DNA of 63,253 bases, the filler included, from Saprolegnia diclina VS20 (Eukaryota): NCBI RefSeq assembly GCF_000281045.1. It is 8 parts of 2 records of this genome, joined end to end, with 100 filler letters (N's around TTAATTAATTAA, not from the genome) between each part and the next. Parts side by side here need not be neighbours in the genome. Positions count along the whole stretch, not along the records: positions 30,365 to 45,531 come from NW_008246088.1; positions 45,632 to 47,629 come from NW_008246089.1; 6 more parts are not named here. One strand, 5' to 3'. This document shows positions 34,873 to 47,204 of the stretch, piece after piece. A program made the position numbers and the translations under genes. The notes beneath the pieces are model-generated. The model made no database searches, was not told the DNA's origin, and worked only from the letters and a program-made list of their open reading frames with translations. How positions within the stretch are numbered: the first letter of the stretch is position 1; each line of letters starts with the position of its first letter.

Positions 34873-35709
34873 AACACACATATACAGTATCGAAACCCTA
34901 CACACAATACAATAGTCTATTGTTGACCGAGAGAGGGACTGGTGCTAGACCGGATTGTCGTTATAGTTGGACGCCGCTGCGTGCTCGACGGCATTATCTA
35001 TTTTTTACAGTATTTTAAAGAGCGCTTTTTATCTGTTGCCATGCCTTGCGCGCGTTGTACGACAGATGCGACGACACGGCAGGGTCTGCTCTGTTCCCCA
35101 ACGTCGCATTTACAACTGTGCCAACTATGGGCGATTTCATTTCAAACGCGATGTTGTCGATCAAGTGCCGTCGGCGCCCAAGTGGTGCACATTTTGCGAT
35201 CTTATTTTTGGCATTTGCCACAAATAAATCTGGTCTCGCAGAAGTCGCCGTGCTCGCCAAAGCTTTCCTACGCTGCCACGTCGCAGCGATGCCATTTTCA
35301 AAAGTTGCCGACTTGGCGTGCTTTGGATGGATTGGGCTGTGAGAAATGGTAACAACATATGAATTGCGTTTGTGTTTCGCTCGAGTCATCTGCACAACCT
35401 AACGTTAGCCCCTAACAGCGACAAGACTATGGTATTCGATCCATTCAAGAATTGGGGATAACAAGGTGATGGTGGCACTTCTGTGCGATGCGTGCTGCAT
35501 CCAGTTGGTTCCATCCTCCGAAATGCCTTTCACTGTGAAAACGTCCTCTACTAGTTTATGACAGAGCTATGAGCATCAACCCTCGTGGCCAAGAGGGTGA
35601 TCGATTTGCTGCAGTATTGCTTTTACCTAGACAAAAGCAAGTTCATTCGATTCTACGCTGACAAAGGCGACTTCAGGCCTTTACAAGTTGAAAAAGCGTG
35701 GCATCTCGA

Positions 35710-35726
35710 GCTCATTCTCCAATTTG
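35710..35726 (+). promoter_or_regulatory. Inr/FPR core promoter motif
   Basis: GCTCATTCTCCAATTTG closely matches the oomycete consensus and ends 18 nt before the ATG at 35745. Confidence 0.6.
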
Positions 35727-35744
35727 CAGACACCGACAACAACC

Positions 35745-37027
35745 ATGACAACGATGACCAAGCCCCGCTGGAACAGCTCCTCCAACGTCGCCTCCAAGGC
35801 CACATTGACTCCCGTGACGCGCACCACGGTGCCGCCGCGCCCCCGCGCCCGGCAGACCACACCAGCCCGTCCGGTCCAAGCAGCCGCACCAGCACCTCGC
35901 AAGCCTGCACGTGCGCGACCGACCACCGAGACACGTCCAGTCCCATTGCGTACCACCATCGCCACGGCGCAGGCATCGCGCATCGCTGCGCTGGAAGCCC
36001 AACTGGCCGCTGTGATCACCGAGTCCAACGCCCGCCAAACTCGTATCCTCGAGCTCGAGACGAGTCTCGCGACGGCGACGACTGAGCGCAAGTTTTACGA
36101 AACCAGCTCCATGCAGCACTTTGACACGATCTGCCATCTCAAGATCGACGCGGTCGTCCAGGAGGCCGAGGTCGGGCGCCTCGGTGCAGACCTCAAGAAG
36201 CAGCAACTGGACCACGACATTCTCGTGGCTGCCAAAGACGACCAGATCGCAGAGCTCACGACGACTGTCAAGACCCTCGAGAAGCTGCTCGAGACCGCTA
36301 CGGCAGCCTCGGACGCATCCAAGAACGACCAAGTCCAGCAACTGCAAGCGCAGTGCAACGCCATCGAGCAGCACGCCTCTGCGACCACCATCGCTCTCAA
36401 CCAGCTCCAAGCAGTGTACGACGCCTCCATCGCCACCAACCGCATCTTGGTCTCTCAGCAGAACCTCCTCAACGAGCAGCTCGGCATGAGTCACGCCGAC
36501 TGCGAATCCAAGGACCTTCAGATACACAAGCTGATGACTGCGGCACAATGGAAGCGACTGGCGACGGCTGCTGCGATGACCGCCAAGGACCAGGCCAAGG
36601 ACAAGCAAGTAGCGAAACTCAAGGCCGACGTCCAGCTCTTGCTCAGTATGGAGCAAGACCGCAGTGACGACGACGATGACGACGACAACTTGGTGCATGC
36701 AGAGGTAACGCCCTGCGCGTACTTGGACCCAAACTACGAAGCGCAGCTGGAGCCCCGGGTTTGCGACGGACANNNNNNNNNNNNNNNNNNNNNNNNNNNN
36801 NNNNNNNNNNNNNNNNNNNNNNNNNNNNNNNNNNNNNNNNNNNNNNNNNNNNNNNNNNNNNNNNNNNNNNNNACGTCCAGCTCTTGCTCAGTCTGGAGCA
36901 AGACCGCAGTGACGACGACGACGACGAAGACATGGTGCATGCAGAGGTAACGCCCTGCGCGTACTTGGATCCAAACTACGAAGCGCAGCTGGAGCCCCGG
37001 GTTTGCGACGGACATATTGTCTTGTAG
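35745..37027 (+). CDS. Coiled-coil hypothetical protein with Pro/Arg/Thr-rich N-terminus; 3' end present twice across a 100-N gap
   Basis: MTTMTKPRWNSSSNV... followed by a long heptad region. 36873-37012 repeats 36628-36772 with a few differences and supplies the stop codon. Confidence 0.7.
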
Positions 37028-37171
37028 AAGTTATATAGCGAACTAAATTAATAAAAATTATAAACATTTGAATGAGTATTCATGCATGTCATGGCAATCT
37101 TTTTTCATCTCGCTCGATCGTTGTGCCAGTTAGTCGATGTGTAGTAGTAGACAAATAGTGTAGTTGATGGA

Positions 37172-39198
37172 TCAGAAGAGAGTGGGTAGGTGTTGCTTGC
37201 TCTGGCGGTTGGCCGCCATCGAGCTCTTGATGATTTCGCTGCGCGATTTCTTGTGCTGCGCCTGGTACGTTTCCATCGGCACCGACGTGTGCTTCTCGCC
37301 CACAATCACGTGCGTCGCGCGATCGTACGGGAAAGGGCGGAGCGCCGCCTCGTGAAAGTGGCCCTCGACCCCAAGCTTCCGGAGCTTGACATGGTACACG
37401 CTCGTCTCGGCGTTCACGTCCAGAACGAAACCCGACCCAAAGACACCACAGAGGACGCGGTCGTCGACGGCAAACTTGGGCCTACACACAATTCGAGCGC
37501 TTAGTCGACTCGCACTCGACGGGCCATCTACTTTTTCTTTTGCGACGCCTCCCACTTGTCCATGACGGTCTTTTGCAAGACCGACGCCGACTGGACAGTC
37601 GTAGTCTGGAGACTTTTAGTCGCTTGGACCGTCATCTGCAGCAGCGCCGTCATCTTGGTCGGGTTGAGCGCATCGGGGAACATGCTCTCCATGTTGGTGC
37701 CCGAGACGTACAAGACGCCGGCGGTCGCGTCCATGAGGCACACAAACACGTCGTCCTCACCGCGGTACTCGGTGACGACGACGGTGCCAAATGGGCTCTT
37801 GAGTCGGTCGCCAACTGCGTACTTTTCCTTGCGGCCGACGGCCGTAAAGAGCTTGGGCGCGCTGAATGGCACCTTGGGCAGCGACTTGAAGAGCGACGAT
37901 GCTGTCGCGTTAGTCGTCGTCGTCGAGGACGGTGCTGGCTTGAGAAGCGACTCGAGCGACTGCGTGTACAGCGTGACCCCGGACGCCGCCAGGACGACCG
38001 TGTACATGCTGTCCGTGTGGCGGTATTCGCTTATGTACCCATCGCCAAAGGTCGTGGCGACGTGCTCGTTGGTGCCAAAAGCAAGTGGTTCGAGCGAAGT
38101 TGCAAGCAGATACGCCGTGGGGCCGGACAAGAGCTTGACCTTGGCCATGCCGTCGCTGGCGCGGATCCCGAGCACGCGGCCTTCGCCAAACGGCGTCCAG
38201 ACAGCGGGGTGGGCCTTGGCCGGAACATCGTCATGAGGCTTGGGACTACTCATTGTGGTGCTATGGCATCATAGATCGGTTTAGATAATGGGCAAAGCGG
38301 TAGAATGTGTTTACCTGATCGACGACATGCGCGTCACGAGCGAGTTGTAGCTGCTCGACGTCGACGAGCGCAGTGTCGACGTCGACGTCCGCAGCGACGA
38401 GTACCCGACGGCGGCGGTCTTTTGCATGAGCTCCTTGGTCAGTTGCGCGCGCGACTTGGTTTTCCCGATCGGCGTAAACATCTTGGTGGTCGCCTTCATG
38501 CGCCACACGTGGTCGTCGTCCCAGCGCCAATCGAGCGCGATGCCATACATGTCGTCATCCAAGTAGTAGCTCTCAACCGTCGCGAGGCCCCAGCGCGTCT
38601 TGACGCGGTCGCCGATCATGCACTTGACCTCGCGCACGACCGTCTCGGCGTTGAAGTAGGCGGTCGCGTGCCAAAACGTCTTGACCACGTACATGCGGTC
38701 GTCCGGACGGTACTCGAGGATGAGCGCGGTGCCATACTTGGTCGCGACGACCGTGCCGTTGGGGAAGATGCCATCGACATCGTCCGAGTCCGAGTCCCTG
38801 CGCAGCATATTGGTACCGTCAATGATGGAGGGATTTGGCGTATTGGTGGCGTACCAGGGCGTGTGGTCGTGCCCATCGCCTTCGCTCTTCTCGGGGCTCT
38901 GTCGAAAGGCGAGCTTCTTGTACATAAAGCCTGACGTGGATGCCAACGCAGCCTTGAGCGTCATGGGTGTCTTCTTGGATGGAGCGGGATGGGCAGCGTC
39001 GTCGTCGCCGTCTTCCTCGGGCGTCCCGTGGCGTGGCGGCGCCAGCTTGGCCCGGCCCGAGGGCTGCTCGACGTTGAGGCTCGAGAGCCGCTTGGGCGGG
39101 AGCTCGCTCGGCTTGAGCAGCTGGTTGTTGTCCTCGGGCAGGCCGTCCGAGTGCGACCGCGCCCGGAACGGGTTGCGCATGAGCTTGAGCCCGACCAT
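37172..39198 (-). CDS. Protein with six SH3/Tudor/KOW-like beta-barrel repeats (single spliced gene)
   Basis: Intron 38261-38314 (GTAAAC...CTAAAC...CCATAG) joins ORF 38311..39258 in frame to ORF 37528..38253, and a second intron joins the last exon. Repeat pattern (G)DxVxTxFGxGxVxEYRxxDxMYxVxL occurs six times. Confidence 0.75.
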
Positions 39199-39754
39199 GG
39201 CCAAATGACGGAATCTTGAGGCGCGCATTTTTATTCGTATTTTAATACCACTCGACATCCCAATCTTGATACATTTGCCTGTTTGAAGCCGCGAGTGTCA
39301 ATGAACAAAATGCATTAAAATACGCGCCCGGACGGTATTTATAGCATTCGTTTTATACTATTTTTGCTAATAAAATACAATTACATACAAACATGCAGTA
39401 TACACCAATTAAAATGCAAGAGAAAGGCGGGCCGCGGTATTAATATGACGCCACATACGTGGCACCCGCAGCGCACGAGGAACCGATTCCTCGAACAACG
39501 CGCGACCGCCATGCGCGTCCCTACGTCCTCCTTCAGATGCGATCTGGACGGCGGCGAATTGCCCGAGGCGGCGACCAGATGCGATACCAAAATCAGATCG
39601 AATTCTGGTACAGTATAGAACCAGACGTCATGTCGCGACATCGTGGACCAAGATCGACTCATTAGAAAGTGTAGTGGTCTCGCAAGCGCTTGTGCATTCA
39701 TCATTTAGCTAGACTTAGGCTATTACTTGCCCCTGGCTAGTAGAGTGCAACGTA

Positions 39755-41911
39755 CTAGGCATCGTATAAGATGGACTCGCCGTCGCAGTCGGAACCGTGG
39801 TCGCTGTCCCCACCAATATCGTCGTCGTCCTTGGCGACTACCCCGATCAAGTCGCTAAACATTTGCGTACTGCGCAGCTTGTCGAGAAGAAGGGACGGCA
39901 CAGTAGGCTCGGCGGACAAGAGGTGCTCGAGGTGGGCGTAAATCGAGGACGACAGAGTCTCGCACGCCTCGACCTCGTCGCGCTCGATGCGGTGCGGCGT
40001 CACGTGCTTGCCAAAGAGCTTGTCGGCCGCGGGCCGGAGCTCAAAGCGGAGCTGGTCGCTCTCGGGCCACTTGGCTTCGTGCAGCTGCGCCATGTCGTCC
40101 GGGTGCAAGATGATCTGGTTCATGTCGACGTCCAGCACGGCCACGTTGCGAATCGGCGCCACGACCGAGTCGGTCGGGACCATTTGACCGGCGAGGACCG
40201 GCACGGGCGCCTCGAGGAGCTCGTCGAGACGTGCAGGAATCAGCGTCAGGAGCGCGCCCGCCTACAACCGCCGGCATGAGAGCCGCTCAGCAACCCATGG
40301 CCATACCCACTGCAACGGTGCGAGGAGCGCAGCGAGCGCCAGCACACAGGACGTGACGACCGTCGGGTCGGCGCCGAGCACGAGCACCTTGCTCTCGCAG
40401 CTTAAGAGGCCGAGGACGACGAGCAAGTGGTCGAGCGAGACCTTGGAGAAGAGCCACGGTGACGTCCATTCGAGGACAAACTGGCGGTGTTGACTCGCCA
40501 CGTCCTTGGTGTGCGGACGATGAAACGTCAGAAGCGGGTACGCAGCTTCGAGGCGGAAGCACGACCAGCCGCCCATCGAAGGCACGGGTGTTGCGTACAG
40601 CCGCGCCAAGACGTCTTCAAATACGTCTACGCAAGGAGGAGACAACTTGTCCAATCTTCAAGAGACACCAACAGAGACGCACCTGCCGCGCCGCGCTGGA
40701 CGTTGCAGAGGGCAACGATGCCGTGGAGGACCTTGAAGAAGAGGCTAAAGAAAGGGTGGACGCTCACGAGGCAGAAACACCGAAGCACGTTCGTCTCGCT
40801 TGCCGTCACGACACACATGGCGTAGTGCACCTGGTCAACTAAAATTGATTGCTAGTCGGTAGCGATGCGACTACCTCGTCTTGGCCCGACAATCGCAGCA
40901 CAAACGAGGCTTCGGTACGGTGCAAGACGGCGACGGCTGTCGGGCGCAAGTGAGCATAGCTCGTCTCGCCAGTCGGAAAGCAGAGCTCCATGAGGCACGC
41001 CACATCACCCGACGAGGCAGGTAACGGCGACGGGTATCCAGCCATGACCTAACCCCACAGGCGTGATGCTGCAGCCGCGATAAGATAGTACCTTGGGTAA
41101 GGCGGCGACGTGCGGCTGGGCTGCGGGCTTGAGCTTTCCAAAGGGCCAGAGCGACGACGAGGGTGGCGACTTGATCGCAGAAAGCGACGCTTGGTGCTGC
41201 AGCGTCTTGGCGCGGCCTTCGGGGACGCTCCGACACCGCTTGAACGGGGCCGTGTCATGAGCGTCGTCGACGGCCGCGTACCCAAAGAGGAGACCGTACT
41301 GGAACAAGTGCTTTGCCGACGCAGGTTCGTTTGCCGCTGCGCACACGACGTGCGGCGTGTTGTTGTTGACGTTGAAGATGCTAACGCAGCGCTACCACGG
41401 GGATTTCCAAGCGAACTGCGTACCTCTGGCAGGCCGAGTCCATCTCGGCCGGATCCGAAAGGCGCTTGACCCGCGCTGGCTCGGTCGGTTGGGGCAGTTG
41501 CAATGGCGGCGCAAGTGGTTGCTTGATGTCGGTCGCGCGCGGCCTCTCGAGCTCGAGCTCGAGGAGCCGGTAGCGCTCGGCGAGGGCGGCATGCCTCGCC
41601 CGCAGGACATCCAATTCGCGCTGCAAGACTACGCACGACGCACAGCTTATTGTGCTTGGCTCGTCATTGACCTAGTAGATGACTTAACATGACAACGCGG
41701 TAGCGATGCTCACCTGGGGCTCTGGCGCATCGATCTTCTCCTTCTCGAGCTCGAGGCGGCGCGTGAGCTCCTGCGGTGCGGTGATGACGTGGCCAATGGT
41801 GCTGCAAGTGCTCCATACCTTGAGCTGCTTAGTCAGCTCGCGGTTCGTCTGGATTTCCTTGAGGTAGTTCTTCCGCCACGTATCGTTCTCGTCCGCGAGC
41901 GCATTCTCCAT
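39755..41911 (-). CDS. DENN-domain Rab GEF with N-terminal coiled coil, spliced
   Basis: uDENN-like LFQYGLLFGY...LMELCFPTG...SFVLRLSG, RCFCLVSVHPFFSLFFKVL, and cDENN LFSKVSLDHLLVVLGLLSCESKVLVL...SCVLALAALLAPLQW...APVPVLAG...VAVLDVD. Confidence 0.85.
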
Positions 41912-42134
41912 CGTCGCGATCGTTGCAAAATGGAACCCGGATCTTAGTAGGTTTCGACTATCGCGTCATCAGTTAGTCATTCAGTAAGTCCGTCGTTCAG
42001 TCAGTCGATTAGTCGATTAGTCGTTTCATCCACTGCTACTGGACATCGACTTCGTGTCTCATGCATCGCAGACGCAGTGCGCGCAGTAAACGACTATATT
42101 TGTCGAGCGCGCAGCTTGGTCAGTATGCAGCTGG

Positions 42135-43572
42135 TTAGCAGCAACTATAGTACTTATTTTCCCACAAGTGGTCCCAGATCTGGTCCGAGTCACGCTCAAT
42201 TTTGCTTTGCAAAATCAACACATCGCACGTACAAGAGGACGCACGTACCCCACGGGCTTCCACGCATACGGCGTCCACGTACTCTTTTGCAACCAGCAGC
42301 CAGGTCGAAGGCAGCAGAACGCTCGGAGGTTGCCGCACAGTCCCTACAAAACTACTAAATCCTTCCAGCCATTGATCGACATCACGTACATGACTAAACG
42401 GAAGGTCGCATTCGCGCGTGCCGGTCAAGTACTTTAGTTTTTCGGGTCCTTTCCCGAGCTCGCGCGTCGTCGAGTTGGTCAGCATAAGGAACGCTACGTC
42501 TCGTTCTCAGTATCCCATGCAGTCCGCCATACTCTAGTACTGTGAAAGCCGAGCAAACTGTACGTCAAGAGCGCGAAAAACTAGGTTGGGATCGTAAATG
42601 CCACGAAACAACACAGCCTTTGTACCCAAAAGAACATGGCCGCAGTGAGGGCCATGCCGTTTGCGCGTAGCCAGAGCTGCAGCGTGGCTTCCGTGTGGAA
42701 GCTCGAGTGAATCTACGTGATCGTCGGTGAAAGCTGTGACAACTAGAATTGAGCGCACGATGCCGAGACAGGTCGAGACTTCCATGCACGATAGCAAAAT
42801 GAACCACCAGAAGCGGCAGTGGTTGCGCTCGCCAATGCACGTGCCAATGAAGAAGCAGTGGTGGTCGAACGTCGCGACGCATCGGTTGCAGAAGGGACAG
42901 TGATACGACCGCAGCGGCTAATACGGCGTCTTTTGTGACGCACGCGCGGTGGCGACGGTGACGTACCGGCTCCAAGCTGCACGCCGCGCAAAACTCCATC
43001 TTGGTCGCGGCTTGGACCTCTTGCGTCGGTGGGGCCGCTGCAACGTCGGCGCCTGCGAGCTCCTTTTCCATGAGCTCGATCTTGCGCTTGCGGTACTCGA
43101 TCTCGCGCCGCTGCTTGGCCTCGTCTACGTCGCACCTTGTAACACGGCCTGTACACTGGCGCTAGCCTACCGGCATCGTCGCTGTCGCAGTCGTCCAAGA
43201 GCCCTCCGCCTGCGAGCTCCAGTTCTCGCAGGACCGTGTCTAGAAGCGGACGATGCGCAAAAGCAGTAGACAGCAGTCAATGTACCTTCACTGATGTAGC
43301 CTGGGTCACTGCCTTGAACGCTGTAAAAGGCGGCCGTCGCCAGCGCCGCAATGCCAAGCAGCCAGAGGATCTCGTCCAAGTTCCAGTGGAACGAGCCGCC
43401 GGCAGCGTCCACGCGCAGCGTCGAGTGCGGGATCTCCATCAAGAGAACGAATAGCAGCAGCTTCAGGAGCGGGCAGCCCGCAAGGTACGTCCATCGCTAT
43501 ACGTCAGCTATCAGCACGGACCAGCGGCGAAGCGGCGCGCACCGGGACCGACAGCGCGGCCGGCGTGGTCAT
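42135..43572 (-). CDS. DHHC palmitoyltransferase, spliced
   Basis: SDPGY, then [48 protein letters not shown], then NSTTRE. Ends WENKYYSCC*. Confidence 0.9.
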
Positions 43573-44302
43573 CGAAACGGCAATCTCCTCGTATCCGGAA
43601 TGTGCAGATACGACCCTTCGTATCCGATACCGGCGGGCAAGTATAGGTTATTGGAGGTTCTCTCGTTGGCGCCAAACACAACGTGCAAGCAAGTCAATGT
43701 TTGGGTCAACCCTCGGTCTGGTGATGTGCCGCCAATAATCGGTTCGTACAGGGGTACCTGCCAAGCTCGATGGCTTCTGCACAGCACTACACTGCGCCAC
43801 TATTCAGGCTACTCGGTAGGACGATGTTTTTAGACTGCTTTCCGCAATGTCTTAACGCAGAGCTTACCCGTACTATCGGGCTGCTGACGTCGCCACTCGT
43901 GCAATCCCCGACCAGCTCTTCAATCTATTGGCATTTGTAGGTCATGAGGATGCAGTCAAGACCAAAGAGCAACGTCGCAACTTCTCGAACTCTCGTGCTT
44001 CTCAACCGGTGATGCGTGGCGCGCCCTTCTGCTTCTTCTGCTTACGTGTGCGGCTCGTAGCAACCAAAGCGATCGATACTTGAGCACGATTGCATCCGTG
44101 GCAGCGTCAGGACCCAGTCTTTCAAGTTGATACGCGGCTCAATCGATTGCCATTGGCCAAAATCCATCTAAAGATATCCGCCAATCGCAATGGACCTGTA
44201 TCCAACCCCGCGATGCCATTGGCCAATGCGCGAACTGGAGTGGTCTCCAATCAAATCCAACGTGGCCGAGAGCACATTTGCATCAGCTCGCTGCGGACGA
44301 CG

Positions 44303-45487
44303 ATGGTGCTCGTGCGACGCAAGGACAACCGGAAGGGCAATGAGGCGGACAGCCTCGACGTCATCTCGTCCAACAAGGGCGTGCGCTCTATGAACAACAG
44401 CATGACCGGTCGGTTCGCTGCCGACATGCGCGTCCGCGTCGGCGGCTACGGCCGTCCGGACCAGACCTGGGGCGTCGACCATCCGTGGCACAAGACGGGC
44501 GAAGCCGACCTCTTCCAGATGATTAGCGCCAAAGACAAGATGGAAGACGGCGTTCTTCTCAAGGAGCAGCCCAAGTCGGAAGCGAAGGGCCTTAGCCGCG
44601 CGTCGCTCAAGCGCAAGAAGAAGCAGCAAAAGAAGGGCGGTGCGCCGGTCCCGGAGGACACCGCTGCCGAGCCCGAGGCCGACGACCAAGAAGAGAAGGC
44701 GGCGCCCACGCCCACGAAGAAGAAGTCGCTTTTCGACGACAGCGACGACGAGGACGACGAGCCCAAGCCGGTTGCCAAGAAGGCCAAGGTGGAAGGCAAG
44801 AAGCCGGAACCGAAGAAGCAAGAGCCGAAGAAGAAGGCGGCAAAGAAGGACGACAACCTCAACAAGCGGGAGAAGAAGAAGGCGGAGCTCGAGAAGCAGG
44901 CTGCCCAGGAAGACCTCAAGATGCTTGTCACCGAGGCGCCTAAGTCGTTTGTCGAGCCGCTCGATGTGCGGGAGGCGCTTGCGGCCGAGTACGAAGCCAA
45001 GACTGGTGTAGAGATTACGACGCCGAGTGGTATCACGCTCCGCGACCTCTCGATCGGCCGCGGGAAGCTCCCGACGCCGGGCCAGATGCTCACCGTGCGG
45101 TACCGCGGCTGCATTGGCAGCAAGGGCGGCGCGATCTTCGGCAAAGGCATGCTTACCATGAAGTTTGGCGAAGGCGCTGTGATTCCTGGCTGGGAAGAAG
45201 GCATGGCCACGATGCGTGCGAGCGGGAAGCGCCACTTGACAATCCCGCCGGAGCTTGCGTATGGCGCAGCCGGCAAGGGCGACAAGATCCCGCCCAACTC
45301 GACGCTCTTCTTCGACGTGGAGCTGGTCCGCATTGGTCTTCGCCAGCGCGACGCGATCACCGAGGCGGACGTGCCGCTCCCCAAGTCGTTTGTGCGCAAG
45401 CGCGTCGAGAAGAAGGAGTCGGAGAAGCAGCCGACGGCGGCGCCGGCCGACGCGAAAAAGAAGAAGCCCAAGCGCATCAAGTATTAG
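44303..45487 (+). CDS. FKBP-type peptidyl-prolyl isomerase with long Lys/Glu-rich N-terminus (nucleolar FKBP-like)
   Basis: TPSGITLRDLSIGRG...VRYRG...VIPGWEEG...LTIPPELAYG...IPPNSTLFFDVELV, with NLS-like basic tracts. Confidence 0.9.
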   Translation: MVLVRRKDNRKGNEADSLDVISSNKGVRSMNNSMTGRFAADMRVRVGGYGRPDQTWGVDHPWHKTGEADLFQMISAKDKMEDGVLLKEQPKSEAKGLSRASLKRKKKQQKKGGAPVPEDTAAEPEADDQEEKAAPTPTKKKSLFDDSDDEDDEPKPVAKKAKVEGKKPEPKKQEPKKKAAKKDDNLNKREKKKAELEKQAAQEDLKMLVTEAPKSFVEPLDVREALAAEYEAKTGVEITTPSGITLRDLSIGRGKLPTPGQMLTVRYRGCIGSKGGAIFGKGMLTMKFGEGAVIPGWEEGMATMRASGKRHLTIPPELAYGAAGKGDKIPPNSTLFFDVELVRIGLRQRDAITEADVPLPKSFVRKRVEKKESEKQPTAAPADAKKKKPKRIKY

Positions 45488-45531
45488 TAGACCATTGTAA
45501 TAGCATCATCCATTATACCACGTCAATGTGC

Positions 45532-45631
45532 NNNNNNNNNNNNNNNNNNNNNNNNNNNNNNNNNNNNNNNNNNNNTTAATTAATTAANNNNNNNNNNNNN
45601 NNNNNNNNNNNNNNNNNNNNNNNNNNNNNNN
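45532..45631. other. Artificial scaffold-joining spacer
   Basis: TTAATTAATTAA at 45576-45587. Confidence 0.97.
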
Positions 45632-45855
45632 TGCTGGCACGAAGCGCTCGGTGCTGGCGGACTGACGGCCAGATGACGTCGCAGGATATTATATCAGCAG
45701 CCTTGGCCGACGTGAGTAATGAAACAAGGGAACACTAGATCCAAGCAGAGTTCCTCGGGGGTCGCCCGTGCGTGGACTGCACCTTTGTACTAACTGTAAG
45801 ATGTGCGACAGTGCATTTTGCGAGTGTACTCGAGTCTAATCTGTTTCGGGCTTTT

Positions 45856-46415
45856 TATGGTGGACCCTTGGTCTGCTGGTGGCGACCGGGCAGCTTCATG
45901 GCGATTTCGACAAAGCCGCCTTGGATGCAAAATTTGTTCCACGTCTGCACCATCGCGGCTGTATAGTACTATCATACGATAAGACTATGAAGAAAGACTA
46001 TGCAATGGCGTCGTACCATCTTCTTCTTCGTCCATGCTGGGACGTTGGCCCACACGTTGTAGAACGAAATGTCGACGTCGCCCGAGTCGATGCGAATGAC
46101 AAAGTTGCCATCCTCCGTGTACGCGTGCGACGGCTTGTAGACACCGATCGCACGATTGACGCCGTCTGGAATGTCGAGTGCAGTCCAGAGATGGTCTTCG
46201 CCCGCCGTAAAGTTGCGCGTCGCCGCGTTGAACTCGTCGCTCATGACGAGGTCCCACGATCCGCCGCGCGAGGTCGCCTTGGTGTAGACCTCCTTGGGCG
46301 TGTCAACGTCGACCCACGTCGGGATGCCCGACTTGGTCGGCTGCGTGTTGTCGCCAATGTCGAGGCCGTGGACCGCCGCCACGAGCGCCAGCACTGGTAC
46401 CCCCGCAGCAAGCAT
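45856..46415 (-). pseudogene. KRE6/SKN1-like GH16 beta-glucan synthesis-associated protein, N-terminal part only (appears truncated)
   Basis: Signal peptide, then TKSGIPTWVDVDTP...WDLVMSDEFN...FTAGEDHLWTALD and |YYTAAMVQTWNKFCIQGGFVEIAMKLPG. Similarity is then lost and a stop follows, before the ExDxxE motif. Confidence 0.7.
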
Positions 46416-47204
46416 GTACACGTTCGCAACGTGTGACGATGAAAAGAAGAAAAGTGCAATGTCGGAAAAGCGCGCCAGACGTTTTGCGGACCGTGCGCTT
46501 TTCCGTGGGAGCATCCGAAACAGGTGCGTTTTGACGGCTTTTAGGTGCGCTTATGACAGAAAGGCCACGCGACTTATTGAAGATGGTGCGCTTTGGATCA
46601 GGACGAGGACATGTGCAATGCGTGTAACACTGCACCTCACGCCTCTACATGGTCCACAGAGGGCTCTTGTCAACCGAGGAGTGTCCCAGAAGGAGTATCC
46701 TGCGTCTTTGCACTTTGCCGGCGTCGTTCATCTTCCACACGATAGCTGACCGACAGCACACCTCCCACCCACAGGCCATTCATTACACTATAGACGACGA
46801 CGGTCCGTACGGATCGCAGAAAGCGCCGTAGCTAAGCTTTGGTCAAGCGCATACGTATCGTGAGCTTGGGAGCACGAATGCTGCGTGGTGGTGAGGGCGA
46901 CTACGTTGCACCACAGTCCATTTGATAGCCAGTTGAATCGCTACCAAGAGCCTTGATCTATGCTCCAGCCGGCGTTGAGCACTCGGAGCACTCATAGTAG
47001 AGCAGGTATCAGATCGTATTTTCCATTCTAGGCTGTGCATATTGCACAGTACGAGCAGAGCGTAGAGCCCAACGACGTCTCTTGACGCGGACGAAGGTCA
47101 AACTGCCATCACCACCTCAAGACGGAGCGAGATGATCAAGTCTACTCGTTCTGTGGAGAGGTAGGATTACTGTAGATTAGCGTTAAGCGACGACCGCGAT
47201 GGTG

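Noticed and set aside
41968..42025. (TTAGTCGA/TCAG)n-like run as a telomeric or regulatory repeat
   Set aside because: Short degenerate microsatellite upstream of the DENN gene; does not match TTTAGGG/TTAGGG.
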